Below, piece by piece: positions 39,101-50,065 of a DNA stretch of 64,000 bases. Location: assembly GCA_977862235.1 (NCBI GenBank), contig OZ374560.1, positions 186,001 through 250,000 of the forward strand, written 5' to 3'. A program made the position numbers and the translations under genes. The notes beneath the pieces were generated by a model. The model was not told the origin of the DNA. It did no database searches and saw nothing but the letters and a program-made list of their open reading frames with translations. This DNA comes from Dudresnaya verticillata (lineage: Eukaryota). Every line of letters begins with the position of its first letter. Position 1 is the first letter of the stretch.

Positions 39101-40013
39101 TGTAGTGCAAACGTCGATGACGGAACACCGCCGAGCAGTTCGGGGCTCGGTGGGTAGCGACGCCTACGGCGATGGGTGACCTCGCCGTGGGCGACTGGTG
39201 GTAGAGCGGTTAACTCGCCTTGGGCGGACTGTAAACGCCCGAGGCGGAAAAGAAGAACAAAAGAGAACAGAAAGGGAACACGTCGAGGACGGGTAGAGAC
39301 GTGGAAGCACGGAGGTAGACGCTTAGCCGTAGGCAGCGGTAGGGTACGCACGTGCTGAACGGGGAAGTCTGGACCAAGGCCGGCTTGCCGGGGTTTACTG
39401 TGACGTCTGAGACGGATCAACTAAGTACAGGATTACCTAGCGGGGGCGACGCGGATGCACGCGTAACGCGGGAACTCGGGACACGTGTTGTCCCGAGGCG
39501 CGTCTGACAGATCCGTCCGTCATGCAGCCGCGCTCCTGACAGATCACGCGTAGCGTCCCCGTTCGAGTCCTTACACCTATACGTGGACTATTTCCTTACA
39601 GCCGTATGCGCCTCATGGCGCGTGCGATCTTGATTCGCGCCAATCCCGATCCAGTCCGGATTCGGGCCAGCGATGCGGATGCGCCAGGCTTACAGGCGCG
39701 GGCCTTACACAACCTAATCCCGATGTCGGATCCCGATGTGGGATCCCGATTGGATCCGGATTCGGGCCACGCTTACAGCGAACGTTCCTGCCACTGCGCC
39801 ACGCGCGCACGCGTGGCGCCGTACAGTGCCCCGGGTTCAGGCGTGCGGTCTGCACGCCAAGCGAGCCGTTCTGGCCCGAGTGGCCAGCGGCATGCGTCGG
39901 TGACGTGTTTGCGCCGCGGGCGGGTTGAGCGCGCCTTTGGCGGTCGTCCGTCGGTAGACGCTTCATATCAACCCGCTTGAAAGCGAAAATGGGGGACCCC
40001 CCCTGGCACTACA
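39101..40013 (-). mobile_element. Solo LTR, family X, inverted
   Basis: 913 bp; ORF-track translations identical to those from 41462-42374. Flanks CCTCG / GTTAC; no PBS or PPT. Confidence 0.95.
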
Positions 40014-40334
40014 GTTACGCGCGGGAAACAACGGGAAAGTCACGAAGGTGTCAGCGATTTCGTATCGGGTGCGCACTGTAATACGAATGCCACCGTGGCG
40101 CGCGCGATCACGAAGTCGGCTCGGGATTCGTCCGGAGGTGTCAGAGATTTCGTATCACGTGCGTGCTGTAATGCGTATGCCATCGTGGCGTGCGCACCGT
40201 ATGCGCACTGTAATACGTTTGCCATCGTGGCGTGCGCATTCACGGAGTCATTTCGAAATTCATATTTCTCGATTATTTTCACGTAGGCCACGGAGTCGTT
40301 TCACGGATAGCGTCTATACCACACGCCCCCCCTC
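40014..40334 (-). repeat. PPT and 5' part of a family-Y 3' LTR, now inverted
   Basis: Minus strand GAGGGGGGGCG (40334-40324) then TGTGGTATAG from 40323, with U3-like internal tandem repeats at 40047-40237. Confidence 0.75.
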
Positions 40335-40979
40335 AAGAGCGAACGTCCGGGTCGCGGGTTACGAATTACGAAATGGCGTGGCCCGGTTTCCCTCAGTGGA
40401 GCGCGGATGGAGCCATCCGAGCGGCGGCGCGGAGATTGCTTCAAGCGCACGTCGTCGCGCAGCGGTGCCTCGGGGCTTACGAATTTGAATTCGGATCACG
40501 TGTGCGATGGCGCCTCCGTATTGGCTAATCACGAAGATATTTTTGCGTACGTAGAACGGGTTAGGGCTGCGGCGCCGTCCGTCGACGCGTGCGCGCGCGG
40601 ACCACGGAGACGGGGCGCGAGCCGCGTGGGTTATTTCAACTTCGTGTTGCGCTGGGCCCGAGCCCCTTGCTTTTCCGGTCATCGCGCACACGCACAACGC
40701 GCCTCAGCTCCTTGTCTTTCGGTCTTCGCGGTCCGTTTGCTCCTTCGTGTGCGCTGGTGCGTCCTTTCGCGTCTCTTCGCGTATCGTTCGCTCCGCTCCG
40801 TGGCGTTCGTGTTGTTGCTTCGTTGGCCTCGGTGGTTTGCGGTGGTCGGTTGCGGGTCGTGGGTCTCGGTGTTGGGGCAAGTGCGGCTGGTCCTCCGTGG
40901 ATTGCGTGAGGGCCTCGTCGAGATTCACGTTCGTTCCTCCGTGGTTTTCTGTGTTTTTCGTGACGAGCTTCGCGTAACG

Positions 40980-41461
40980 ATGTCAGACACGGGTCACGAA
41001 GAGGGAACCGGGTCCCTGGAAAAACGTGCGGAGGGCGTTCGTCGCCGCCTCGATGGCGAGCTCGCGGCTGCTACGGCGGGTCAGTTGGCTCCGAAGCCTT
41101 CGGAGCCTTCTTCGGATGTTGCGGGCCCTTCGGGTGGTGACTCCGAATACGTACCGCGGACTCTCGCGATTCCACACGTTGTGGATATCGGGGCCTCGGA
41201 GTCAGCGGGGATCACGGATCGCGATAGTCCTTTCGTGAGAGCGGCTCGAATCCTCAATTCGTGAATCGGGTTGGCAGCCGAGTGCTTCGTTGGGTCCTCC
41301 GAAATTCAGGACAAAGGATGAGAGTGCTCCGAGGCTTCCGTCTGCGCAGCTGCACTTCGCGTGGGACGAGTTCGCGGTCTCCGGAGTTACTCAGGAAGAG
41401 GTTGCTGCCTACGATGGCCGTGTTCGTCCGGATCTCGCTCGCTTTCGTACACTGTGCGAGG
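40980..41461 (+). pseudogene. 5' part of the antisense ORF, displaced by inversion
   Basis: MSDTGHEEG..RILNS, frameshift near 41260, then RESGWQ..RFRTLCE ending in the TSD CGAGG. Confidence 0.65.
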
Positions 41462-42374
41462 TGTAGTGCCAGGGGGGGTCCCCCATTTTCGCTTTCAAGC
41501 GGGTTGATATGAAGCGTCTACCGACGGACGACCGCCAAAGGCGCGCTCAACCCGCCCGCGGCGCAAACACGTCACCGACGCATGCCGCTGGCCACTCGGG
41601 CCAGAACGGCTCGCTTGGCGTGCAGACCGCACGCCTGAACCCGGGGCACTGTACGGCGCCACGCGTGCGCGCGTGGCGCAGTGGCAGGAACGTTCGCTGT
41701 AAGCGTGGCCCGAATCCGGATCCAATCGGGATCCCACATCGGGATCCGACATCGGGATTAGGTTGTGTAAGGCCCGCGCCTGTAAGCCTGGCGCATCCGC
41801 ATCGCTGGCCCGAATCCGGACTGGATCGGGATTGGCGCGAATCAAGATCGCACGCGCCATGAGGCGCATACGGCTGTAAGGAAATAGTCCACGTATAGGT
41901 GTAAGGACTCGAACGGGGACGCTACGCGTGATCTGTCAGGAGCGCGGCTGCATGACGGACGGATCTGTCAGACGCGCCTCGGGACAACACGTGTCCCGAG
42001 TTCCCGCGTTACGCGTGCATCCGCGTCGCCCCCGCTAGGTAATCCTGTACTTAGTTGATCCGTCTCAGACGTCACAGTAAACCCCGGCAAGCCGGCCTTG
42101 GTCCAGACTTCCCCGTTCAGCACGTGCGTACCCTACCGCTGCCTACGGCTAAGCGTCTACCTCCGTGCTTCCACGTCTCTACCCGTCCTCGACGTGTTCC
42201 CTTTCTGTTCTCTTTTGTTCTTCTTTTCCGCCTCGGGCGTTTACAGTCCGCCCAAGGCGAGTTAACCGCTCTACCACCAGTCGCCCACGGCGAGGTCACC
42301 CATCGCCGTAGGCGTCGCTACCCACCGAGCCCCGAACTGCTCGGCGGTGTTCCGTCATCGACGTTTGCACTACA
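41462..42374 (+). mobile_element. Solo LTR, family X
   Basis: TGTAGTGC...GCACTACA, 913 bp. Flanks CGAGG / GTAAC. Confidence 0.95.
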
Positions 42375-42868
42375 GTAACGGCACCGGGGGCCACGAGACA
42401 GACGCACCTCCGTATGCATCGCTGGCGCACTTCCCAACCGCCGCCATACGTGAGGCGACCGTTCGTTGGCACCGAGGCCGTTACGAATAATTCGAGTACG
42501 AACCGTTTCCCGCGTTGACGCGCATTCGTGCTCACGTAGTACTACTTAGCCAGTCGTCTGGCACAACCTCCGGGGGCTTCCGGGAAGCGACTAGCGCCCG
42601 GACCTCGGAGTCTTCGGTAAACCCTTGTTTCTTCGAGTTCGGTGTCTTCGTCTTCGTGACCGAGGATATGGCCGAGCCTCGCTTTCGTAGCCCCGCGCAC
42701 CCGGAGTCATCCCCGGTGATCGGTCGCTCGAGTTCTCCCTTCCGCGCACGAATACGTTGACACCGTGGTCCTTCGTGTTGGTCGCTCCGCTCTACCACGC
42801 TACCACCCCTTTTCGTTTCTCTGTTAGGCTACGAGGCCACTCGTTAGGTTCCGAGGCCATTCATTACA
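42375..42868 (+). repeat. 3' part of the family-Y LTR
   Basis: Ends CATTACA, carries the shared U5 motif GCTCTACCAC, and LINE coding sequence starts immediately after. Confidence 0.65.
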
Positions 42869-42869
42869 G

Positions 42870-44630
42870 TGCGAGACTTCCTCGCGTCACCGTGGACTTC
42901 GTTATACCACTTCTAAGAGTGGGAAAGCAGTTGGCCCCGACGCCGTGCACGCTGGAATGCTCAAACTGTGCCCTACCCTCGCGGCAGATGTGCTCTTCGG
43001 CGTCTGGAAACTCTGCGGTGACTTGCGAATCTTCCCTCGCAGCTGGAAGAATGGCTTGCTGGTGCCAGTCCACAAGGCCGGTCCCTATGATGTACCATCC
43101 AACTACCGACCGATTTGCATGCTCTCCCACTTACGAAAAACAATCGAACGAGCGCTCGCGTTTCAGCTAGAGGCAAGCTTTAAGCCACACAAGATGCAAC
43201 TAGGCTTTCAGAGGTGTCTCCGTGCGGAGATGGCAGTCGTACACACACTATCTACAAGCTGCCAAGGAGAAGATTATAGAGCAGTACTAGATCTAAAACG
43301 GGCCTAAGACCGAGTGGACAGACACAAACTCATCAAAATTTGTGAAGAAAGACTCCCCCCACACCTTACTGCAATGATCCGCAGAACTCTTGTAACTCTC
43401 AATGTGCGGACTGCAGGCGATGCCACACCGTGCCATGCTGTAATACAACGCGGTGTGGTGCAAGGATCCCCCCTCAGCCCAATCCTTTTTAATATCTTCA
43501 TCGACTCGCTAGCGTACGAACTTTGTGAAGCTCTCCACCGCAGTGACCAAGACCCACCTGGCCGGTTGTTTGCAGATGACTGTCTGATACAAGCCTCGTG
43601 TCCCCACTCCCTACGTCTAGCCCTACAGGTCTGCGATCAATGGGCTGCCAAGCACGGAATGACCTGGTCCCCCGCCAAGTGTACGGCCGTACTCCCAACA
43701 CGTCACAGAACAAGACCCAGCACAGCAGCGTTCAGTATCGCGGGTGCACCAATCCCTGTCCAGAGCACAGTTCGGTACCTTGGTGTTGAAATTAACATCA
43801 ACGGGGTCGGGGCCGCTACAGTACTCGCGCGCATCTCAGCTGCCAAAAGGGCCATCGGCGCACTGCCATCCTTAAGTTCACTCTCCTCTACAATGCCCGC
43901 CGCCTCCGCGATATATTTGTACAACGCGTTCGTCAGACCGGTCTACGAATATGGCCTAGCCCTGGTCAACATAACGAGCGAATTGGAAACCGCTCTCGAC
44001 TCCCTGGACTCCCAGTTCCTCCATATCTGCATAGGGCAGAAATCGCAACGCGTGTCTGCTCCCCAGCTGCGGAAACTACGCGCCCTCTACCGCATGGAGC
44101 CCCCGAACGTCCGCCATTCATATCTACAACATCAGCTCATCCAAAGCCTCCGAAGGACCGAACGATCAAAAGTCACAACCGCATCGTGGCACGCAGTCCA
44201 TACGCTACAGGCCCTCACAAAGTTCCCGAGCGTCTCGCTCCGTAGCGCAGCCCAGAGTCCTCTGCCCCCATCCCAGCGCCAGGCACACCTGTCCGAGCTG
44301 CATCGCGCGTGGAGCGATGCACTTAGCAGCAGGAGACCCGCGCCAGTCTACCCATCCCACCGCTTCCCACCTGCACTACTCCTTTGGGACCACCAAGATC
44401 GGAAACTGGCAGTTCGGTGGCACCTCGGCACGTTCCCGATACCCCCCAAATGCCCCTCCAAGCAAGCTGCCCTCCGCCAACCCGCTGCCACTCTACACAA
44501 GCTCGCACTACGCGACCCCACCCCTCAAGATCTCCAAGAAATAACGGAAGCCATCCACCTGATCCGAGCGGCCTGCCAAGAAGAATTCCCTCTCCCCCTC
44601 CCGCCGGAGCACTCCACATCGCCTGAATAG
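42870..44630 (+). mobile_element. 5'-truncated non-LTR retrotransposon (LINE) reverse transcriptase
   Basis: KAVGPDAV, NYRPICMLS, QLGFQ, LDLKRA*DRV (stop replaces Y), GVVQGSPLSPILFNIFID, LFADD, YLGV. No endonuclease domain seen. Confidence 0.92.
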
Positions 44631-45685
44631 ACCACAGCCCGAAAGTGTGCCTGCAAATGGGCCATAGCCGCCCACGCAGGACCACTCTAAACATAATACC
44701 AATAAATCAAACTTCACATCCCGCAAAGCCCTTTCGGGGGCCTATTCGCTGGGCCGGGAACCTCCACTGTCCCCTCACTGCGCGGCCATTCTCATTGGAG
44801 TCGTAGTTCCCGGCTCGTCCGAGCGGTTCCCCTCATCGCAGATGAAAGAGATCTTCCGCGCTCGTTGGTAAAGATCAGCTGTGGTTGTGGCTCGAATACA
44901 ATACAGTATACACCATGCATTAGGCCGTTCATTAATGGCAGGGCAAGGCATTGAGATACATGTACAAACAAGGAAATTCACCGCTTGAAGCGTTTTTGCA
45001 GGTGGCGGCTGCACGAATACGGACTTCCTTTCCTTCATGTGAATCGTGATTGCAATGTTGCTCCTTACGCACACCTCTATCGCCACTTCCATAGTCCGCA
45101 TCCGCACCATAAGAGGCGCCTCTTGCAAACCTTGTACGCGAGTTCTGCGTCTCCGTCTGATACACCACGTACAACTCATCCCATCAAGCTCGAATGCGAC
45201 GCAGCGCATAAGGCTGAAGCGGCACCGCTCGGCTGCGCGCGACATTGCTCGAAGAAAGCGCGCTGGCGCATCTCGTGAGGCCGCCCGCCGCGACGTCCCG
45301 CGGGAGCAAGGCACGCAGCGGAGCGCCGGCGCGACTGTTGAATGCAGGTGCATCGCGGAATGATTGGCACAATCGCGGCCTCCACCGCAATTGTAGCGTC
45401 AAAGCGCAAACAGTGATGGCGAATGGCGTTTCCCTGCAGGCAACACGTGTGTGCGTGCGGTTTTGCGCCACCGCCTCATCACACGCCACAGCAGTGCGCC
45501 ACTGCCCGCGCGCCGCAGCCGTCCGCCACCGCCCTTCCATCCAGCCGCTCCACCCCGTCACCGCCAGCCAGCTCAACCTCCCGCACCCCCGCGCCCCCGC
45601 GCCCCCGCGCCCCCGTCCCCCGCCCCGTCCTGCCAGACCCGACCCGCACCTCCCCGACCGCCATCCGCTCCGCAACGCCGTCGCC

Positions 45686-47941
45686 ATGGACCACACCAGA
45701 CCCGTCTCGTCGCTGCCGTCGCCGCACGCGCAGGACGAAGAACTCAAAGACGTCTTGGACTGCCTCGGCGACATCTGCAACCTCCCCGACCACTCCTACC
45801 ACCTCCAGCTCGAATGCACCACGCACTGCCACACCCCCTCCCCGTCACCGCCACCGTCTCCGCAGGCGCCGCCACCACCACCGCCGTCGCCACCGCAGCA
45901 GCAGCAGCAGCAGAAGCAGTCGCACAACCCGCCCCACCACAAACGCCCCCTTCCGCGCACAGACCCGACGTGCCCCGACCTCAAACGCCCGCGTGGCGAC
46001 CAGCAACACTCGCCCTCCCCGTGCTCCCCGTTGCCGCCCCGCAGCCCCATGCGCAAAAACGACCCGGTCTTCTCCAAATGCACCCCGGCCAGCCAAGCAT
46101 CCCGGGCCCTGCGCACCCCGCTGCAGCTCCACAACCGTGACCCACGCCCCCCCACCTCGTCTACCACCGCCGCCTTCCACTCCCAGCGGCCCCCGTGCGA
46201 ACCAATCCCGTTCCACCTCCCCCGCTCGTGCATGGACGACGGCTCCCCCCCGGAGCCGGCCGAACCCCCGTCCAAGCGCACCACTCCCAGTCATCCCGAC
46301 GCGGAAAACCCCACCGACCACCCCACTGACCGCCCCACCTCCCATGCCCCAGACCGATCTCCCGCGTCAGTCACTTCTCGCATGCCTTCTTCAAAAGCCC
46401 TGCGCGACGCTCCGCTGGACCTTCTAGGCACCGCTGTCACACCTCAGAAGACTCTTGCTGGCCCCAACGAGGTTGCCGCCGCCGGGCCTACGTCGTCTGT
46501 CGCCCTGCGCCCCGCTCAAGCCTCAAGGCCCGACGTTGCCACAAGCCGCATTTTGGACGCGCTGACCAGCCAGCCCTGCGAGTCGGGCCCGTCACCCGCC
46601 TCGCACAGAGGCTCTCACATTCCTCCACGCCGGCCTCGACCTGGCACTACTGCAGACACCCCGCCCGCCCCGCCGGGTGAGCTGCGCAGCTTGCCGCCGC
46701 CGGCTCTACTGACGCGTAGCCAGCCTCCCGCCGAGCCAGGCGAGCAACCCAACAGGTTGTCAGAGACTTGTGCTACCTCTCCAGCCCTTTTGCCACGCCC
46801 AGCTTCCGTGATCCGCCATCCCATCACCGCGAAAGCTTCCGAGCCTAGCCCAGGTACCACTACCCGGTCTGTCGCCACCGGTAGCGTCTCTGCGGCGCCA
46901 AAGAGGGGATACCGTCCCGCATCTGACGAGTTGGATCAAGCAAACAAAGCGCCGTCACCGAAAAACGCTCTGGCCATGGAGGGGGATGTGCTGGACGAGC
47001 GGCTGGAAAGTCGAGGAAGGCCTCAAACGGGCGCATCAAGTTATGGTACGATGCCGAACCCCGACGCAGCTGCGAGCCCCGCCGTATCTCTCTGGGAAGC
47101 AAGCTCTGCGTCAGTGGCAGGCGGTCCGGTGCAGCACCGGGGTCGGTCGAACCAGCGGCGGAGACCGCAGCAGGATGCGTCCTCGGCGGCGGCGAGGAAG
47201 GCGGAGGGCCCCGCCGCACCGACGGACGTGGCAGCGGTACACGAGGCGCTGGACGAGGTACTGCAGAGGGCGGAGGTTCCAGTTTGTGTTGTGAAGGGGT
47301 TCATGTTCACGGAGACCATGGAGCGAGTGAAGCAGGAGGTGGAGCGTGTGCGGGTGCAGGAGCGGAAGAAACGGCGACCGGAGTGGGAGCGCGAGACGGA
47401 TCAGGGGCAGCGCAACAAGATCTCGCGGCGGATCTCGACGCGCGTGTTGGGAAAGTGCAAAGAGGCGGAGAGGAAGGCGCAGGCGGACGAGCTGGTCTCC
47501 TCGTGCGGCTTGATCCAGAGGCTGGTGGCGTGTGTGCAGTGCTACGCGGCCGAAGGGCACCCCCTGGCGCGGGACTTCCTTGTTGCGTTGGGCACGGGCG
47601 GCGCTGTTGGGGGCGCGGCGGGTGGTGGTGGTGGTGGTGATGGTGGTGGTGATGGTGGTGGTGATGGTGGTGGTGATGGTGGTGGTGATGGTGGTGGTGA
47701 TGGTGGTGGTGATGGTGGTGGTGATGGTGGTGGTGATGCAAGGGCGGCTGCGGCGGATGGTTCTGGGCAACGGGCGGGGGCGACGCGGGCGGCGACGCGG
47801 GCGGCGACGCGGGCGGCGACGCGGGCGGCAACGCCGCACGGGGCGCGGCTTGTGCGGATCGCGCCGCGAGGAGTTCGACATTCGGGATCGCGACAGATCG
47901 CGCCCAGCGAAGCGCGCGGCTATCCCGCGGGCAAGCGGTGA
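45686..47941 (+). CDS. Pro/Ser-rich 751-aa hypothetical protein with a basic helical (bZIP-like?) C-terminal region
   Basis: GCCATGG start in a long open frame; helical basic block ERKKRRPEWERETDQGQRNKISRRISTRVLGKCKE; (GDGG)n and (RAAT)n repeats. Confidence 0.6.
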   Translation: MDHTRPVSSLPSPHAQDEELKDVLDCLGDICNLPDHSYHLQLECTTHCHTPSPSPPPSPQAPPPPPPSPPQQQQQQKQSHNPPHHKRPLPRTDPTCPDLKRPRGDQQHSPSPCSPLPPRSPMRKNDPVFSKCTPASQASRALRTPLQLHNRDPRPPTSSTTAAFHSQRPPCEPIPFHLPRSCMDDGSPPEPAEPPSKRTTPSHPDAENPTDHPTDRPTSHAPDRSPASVTSRMPSSKALRDAPLDLLGTAVTPQKTLAGPNEVAAAGPTSSVALRPAQASRPDVATSRILDALTSQPCESGPSPASHRGSHIPPRRPRPGTTADTPPAPPGELRSLPPPALLTRSQPPAEPGEQPNRLSETCATSPALLPRPASVIRHPITAKASEPSPGTTTRSVATGSVSAAPKRGYRPASDELDQANKAPSPKNALAMEGDVLDERLESRGRPQTGASSYGTMPNPDAAASPAVSLWEASSASVAGGPVQHRGRSNQRRRPQQDASSAAARKAEGPAAPTDVAAVHEALDEVLQRAEVPVCVVKGFMFTETMERVKQEVERVRVQERKKRRPEWERETDQGQRNKISRRISTRVLGKCKEAERKAQADELVSSCGLIQRLVACVQCYAAEGHPLARDFLVALGTGGAVGGAAGGGGGGDGGGDGGGDGGGDGGGDGGGDGGGDGGGDGGGDARAAAADGSGQRAGATRAATRAATRAATRAATPHGARLVRIAPRGVRHSGSRQIAPSEARGYPAGKR
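47621..47737 (+). repeat. (GGTGATGGTGGT)n coding repeat
   Basis: Seen directly. Confidence 0.95.
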
Positions 47942-49675
47942 AGGCGGTGGGATTGGATTCTTTTGTTGAAACTTGACATTCTTTTGTACAAAATGTATCA
48001 TAAATGGACGATTGTCATCGATTGGCGGCGCGGGCATGCCGGTCACGCCATTGGCCGGTTGCTCACCAATGAGTCGTCGGTAAACAGCCTCGGCCAATCG
48101 CCGAGCACAGACACCGCCAGTAGCTCGCCAATGGCCATGTTGCAAGCACCCATCTGTCAACCGGAATCCAACGCCTGCCGCTCTCTCACGCAGACTTCTG
48201 CCACTATACACCTTCAACTCGATATCGTCCCGACTGCAGCGATCCCCCCCACCACCGACGTCTTTGCTCGCTCACGTGCAACCACTCTCAAACGAGAACC
48301 ACACCCTGCCTGGCCATCACCTCAAGCTCGAGTAATTGCTCCACCTCAAACTGTTCCCAAAAGGCGCACCTTGGTTCCATACGTGGCCCTGTATGCCTGT
48401 GCTGCACACGCACCAATGCTGTCAATGAGATTACCGATAGATCACTCATTGCAATCGATCGACCAGCGTTTCAATATTCTCTTGCGAGCGCTATCTCTAG
48501 CCCACAAGCTGTGCACTCTGTGCATCCCTTTCCGCAACACTCATCCCCGTACCTCCAGCATCCCACGAAAGAGGAAAACTTTATCGACTAGATTTCGCCA
48601 TTGGGCTCCACAGGCCGCAAAAGATACTAACCATCGCCGTTTCTAACAAGTCTCTATTTTTCTAATAAAAAGAAGCTGTCACCGGGATAATTCTCAACTG
48701 CTGAATGGAATTATCCGGTCCCTCGCGTCCGTCAAGGCACGCGTGCATTCCTTTTTACATAGCTAGTCTTTTGCAATAACAAAGGGCTTCCTCAAAGTAC
48801 GTGGGTGCTAGACGATGAGATGTTGCAAATGCTTTCACCCCTACACATGATGTACAGGTGACCTTGTGTCGTTGTGCTGCCCTAAATCTAGATAAAGAAC
48901 GTGTTTCAGCGCGTCCTGTTTCTTTGCGATAGTTTTCGGATACAGCTAGCACCACCATTAGGTGCATCATTACCACCTCACAAGATTTCAAAAATCGTCA
49001 CAATCGCTAATGGCTGTCTCACACGAGGATTGCATATCAAACCGCAGATATCATATGACGGCGCGTGGAGCCCGTCTTCAGCTCGTTGCCAAGGCCTCAG
49101 CATGCATTGCTCAAGACGCAAATGATACAGCACCAGTACCAATTTCTGGCTTTAGCAACCGTAACGGGATTTGCTGATTGCGCTTACTTCGCCCACTGAC
49201 CCATTGCAGGGGTCAGTGACTCGAGTCTGTGCAGAAGGAAAGCCCCGCTGTTTGAATGCTCGTGCTGTCAAGGCTCGAATTTTGCTTCCCTTTTTGGCGA
49301 ACAATCTCACTTAACGACGGGCCTGTAAGATCCCGAAAGTTTGACATTTTGAAGTGCAACTGTGGCCTGTTGTGCCTTCTTTGGCGGGAAATCCGGTAGA
49401 GCTGAAACGGCCCTTTCCACCGTGATTTTGTGCTTGTCTGCAAAGAATAGTTTGAACTCGCAAAGTTCTAGGAGTCGTGCCCTGCCATAATAAGGACGGT
49501 TTATCAGACAAGGTCTCACATCTTCGTTGCTACTATCGAGAGATCTAAACCGCTTTTCCCATCTCGCCTCTCTCGGCTTTCCTGACGCATTTTTGTGAGA
49601 ATCACTCCCAGGAAGCCGGAAGGCAGTCACATTGGCCTGGGCAGTTTGAGGGTGCCTCGTTATCAACTGCTCATT

Positions 49676-50065
49676 ATGCCTCATAAAGAAGGCAGCGTCG
49701 AAAAGAAATCTCGCTATTGGTCCAAAGATGAGCACGCACGCTATATCGATGGGCTGAAGCGTTATGATTGCCATTCCCTCGGGCGCGTCGCGAAGGTAGT
49801 CGGGACAAGAAGTCCGAGCCAGGTGCGAAATCATCAGCAGAAGGTTTTCACCAGGGTTGTCAGGGAGGCGAAGAAGATTGTGCGAGAGAGCAGTCTAGAG
49901 GAGCTGGTGGGTCCGTACGTCGACTCGAAGGGTTTCAACCCTGACGGTAGTAAGATGTACAAGGAGAGGTATGTGCCAAGAGGGTGGGGTCTACCCTTGC
50001 TTGCGGCCCTCGCTGATGAGCTCAAGCCAGATTGCAGCCACTCGAAGCGAAATCAGCAAAACTGA
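49676..50065 (+). CDS. Single-repeat MYB transcription factor, SHAQKYF class (129 aa)
   Basis: RYWSKDEHARYIDGLKRY..VAKVVGTRSPSQVRNHQQKVF. Confidence 0.88.
   Translation: MPHKEGSVEKKSRYWSKDEHARYIDGLKRYDCHSLGRVAKVVGTRSPSQVRNHQQKVFTRVVREAKKIVRESSLEELVGPYVDSKGFNPDGSKMYKERYVPRGWGLPLLAALADELKPDCSHSKRNQQN

Noticed and set aside
39101..39420. N-terminus of the 427-aa ORF and the duplicated 107-124 aa ORFs in the LTRs
   Set aside because: They are chance open frames in LTR sequence; identity reflects the repeat, not coding conservation.
39101..42374. Autointegration product or TIR transposon with 913-bp inverted repeats
   Set aside because: Neither LTR retains a PBS or PPT, two distinct TSDs are present, and the outer flanks CCTCG and GTAAC do not match each other.
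44775..45353. 192-aa minus-strand ORF
   Set aside because: No motif, and it overlaps the GC-rich upstream region of the 45686 gene.
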